Assembly: GCF_001194135.2 (NCBI RefSeq)
Contig: NC_068981.1
Span: forward strand, 135,752,681-135,816,680
Reading direction: 5' to 3'
DNA from: Octopus bimaculoides
Taxonomy: Eukaryota
Length of the DNA: 64,000 bases
Within the stretch, counting starts at the first letter, position 1; each line of letters opens with the position of its first letter. Both the position numbers and the translations under genes were made by a program. Under the pieces are notes generated by a model, which ran no database searches, was not told where the DNA came from, and saw nothing but the letters and a program-made list of their open reading frames with translations. Of the stretch, positions 62,481 to 64,000 are shown piece by piece.

Positions 62481-62950
62481 TGCCCTGATGCAGTACCAAG
62501 CAGTGGCTCTCATGGCTTTGATCTTAACTGATTGGAAGTGTTATAATGTACATTGTTTTGTCTTGGTATAAAAGATGGGCTACAGCAAATATTCTGCGCA
62601 ATACCACAGATTTGCTTGTCAGTTGTTTTACCTTCACCACTTGAGCATGTTCCTCAGTGTCTGACGATATGTGCTTCTCTGATCACGAGCAGAAGTAGTG
62701 GGGGAGCATCATGGCCATGTGTTGCGAGGAATTCTTTGAGGTTTGGATAATTCAGCATTGAAAACATGGGTGTTTTGTTCAACATCCTTAAACAATCCTT
62801 ATTCAGGGACCTTTCGAACGGGTTGGGCTACTCGACCTGAAGAAAATTCTAACTGGGCCCCACCTGCAAGGTCATGCGCTGTTTATCTTGATATGAGAGC
62901 ACCACATCACGCTGATATTGTTGTGATGCATGTGTCTGATGTACCCCCAA
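62481..62950. repeat. unclassified interspersed repeat abutting (TAA)n
   Basis: Non-low-complexity block starting immediately at the end of the TAA tract; resembles a common cephalopod repeat from memory only. Confidence 0.35.
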
Positions 62951-63064
62951 AACTGCTGGCCTTGTGCAAAATATTTGAAGTCAATATATGTGAGTTTGCG
63001 TTAAGGTTATACAAATGATTTAATTGCATATATTATGTGATGTTGATGTTATATTTATAAAATA

Positions 63065-63767
63065 TTTGGTTGGCAAGAAAGTAATTTCGGTTTCTTCGTG
63101 TGAAATAAAAAAATTTTTTTTATACAAAGAATGAACTTTAATCAATTATATATTTTCCATTTTGTTCGATGACCTTTTGCCATCTTTCTGGCAACTTCAT
63201 GATTTCGCGCTTCTAGTCCTTATCAGCCAAAATCTGAAGCAAGTGCGATTTCAGGTCATCATCATTATTGAAATTTTTACCATTCAAAGAATTTTGCAAA
63301 CTTAGAAATAAATGGTAATCTGATGGGCACGGTCAGGGCTATATGGTGGATGTGACATCACTTCCCAACCAAGTTCCAGTAATTGTTCACGAGTTAGCAA
63401 AAACGTGTGTGGAACACGATTCCTTTACGATTTGCCAATTCTGGCCATTTCTCTTTGATTGCTTTCTCCAGTTTTAGTTGTTGACAGTAAACATCTGAAT
63501 CGATCGTTTGGTTCCTTGGAAGCAGCTCAAAATACACAACACATTTGTAATCCCACCAAATTAACAGCATGACCGTTTTTTATGCAATTCAGCATTGGAT
63601 GTGGCCTGTGCTGGTTTATTACGCTTGGATCATGATTGCTTCTAAAGTAAGCTAAAAATAACGGCTATCAAATGTCAAAAGGAAAAAACTTATAACATTG
63701 ACAAAAGCCGCTCAAGAAAATCGTAACTCTATTTGCGAAAAACGAAATTACTTTCTTGCCAACACAA
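63065..63767 (-). mobile_element. mariner (DD34D-type), internally deleted
   Basis: TIRs TTTGGTTGGCAAGAAAGTAATTTCG and CGAAATTACTTTCTTGCCAACACAA with TA flanks. Motifs WEVMSHPPYSPD..PSDYHLF and KLPERWQKVIEQNGKYII. Confidence 0.9.
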
Positions 63768-64000
63768 TAATTTTTTTATAATAATATGTTCACTATTTAA
63801 GGATTTATCAATAACAAGTTGAATAGATTGATGTGCTATAGAATTATTTAGATAATTTAGTAAATATAAGTCCGATGATATGGTTAGAGTATGATATGAT
63901 TACAGCGAGATTTGACTGCTATTTATAGCAAATCTAGTTACAAGTAGATATTCCATTATTAGTTCGTTGTCAGAGTTGATGTTGCTGTTAGTGTTGGTGC

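Overview
AT-rich, gap-containing eukaryotic DNA saturated with microsatellites and tRNA-derived SINEs. The repeat types suggest a coleoid cephalopod (Octopus-like) genome; this is inference from remembered SINE families, not a search result. No host protein-coding gene can be supported: every recognisable ORF is a transposon relic. These relics are a DD37D Tc1/mariner, a Penelope-like GIY-YIG element, two L1/Tx1-like elements, a hAT-Charlie/Buster transposase, a Chapaev3 element, a Dong/R4 fragment and a DD34D mariner. The dominant structure is a decaying tandem array of tRNA-Thr(AGT) genes from about 24.6 to 60.1 kb, with about 28 copies or remnants by manual count and a basic period of about 600-770 bp. 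Six copies are near-intact, and all six carry a non-canonical 52:62 T-stem mismatch. Most copies have an AT-rich upstream element at a fixed distance from the gene. The most unusual observations are: (i) an ORF1-only 'half-L1' whose 3' end matches one SINE tail type, with these ends followed by TTAGCAC or TTGGCAC at five junctions; (ii) Merlin-like elements carrying internal telomeric repeats; (iii) a Dong/R4 fragment inside a TAA microsatellite; and (iv) a TATA+Inr promoter with 3x60-bp E-box repeats and hammerhead-like relics upstream of a decayed Penelope-like RT.
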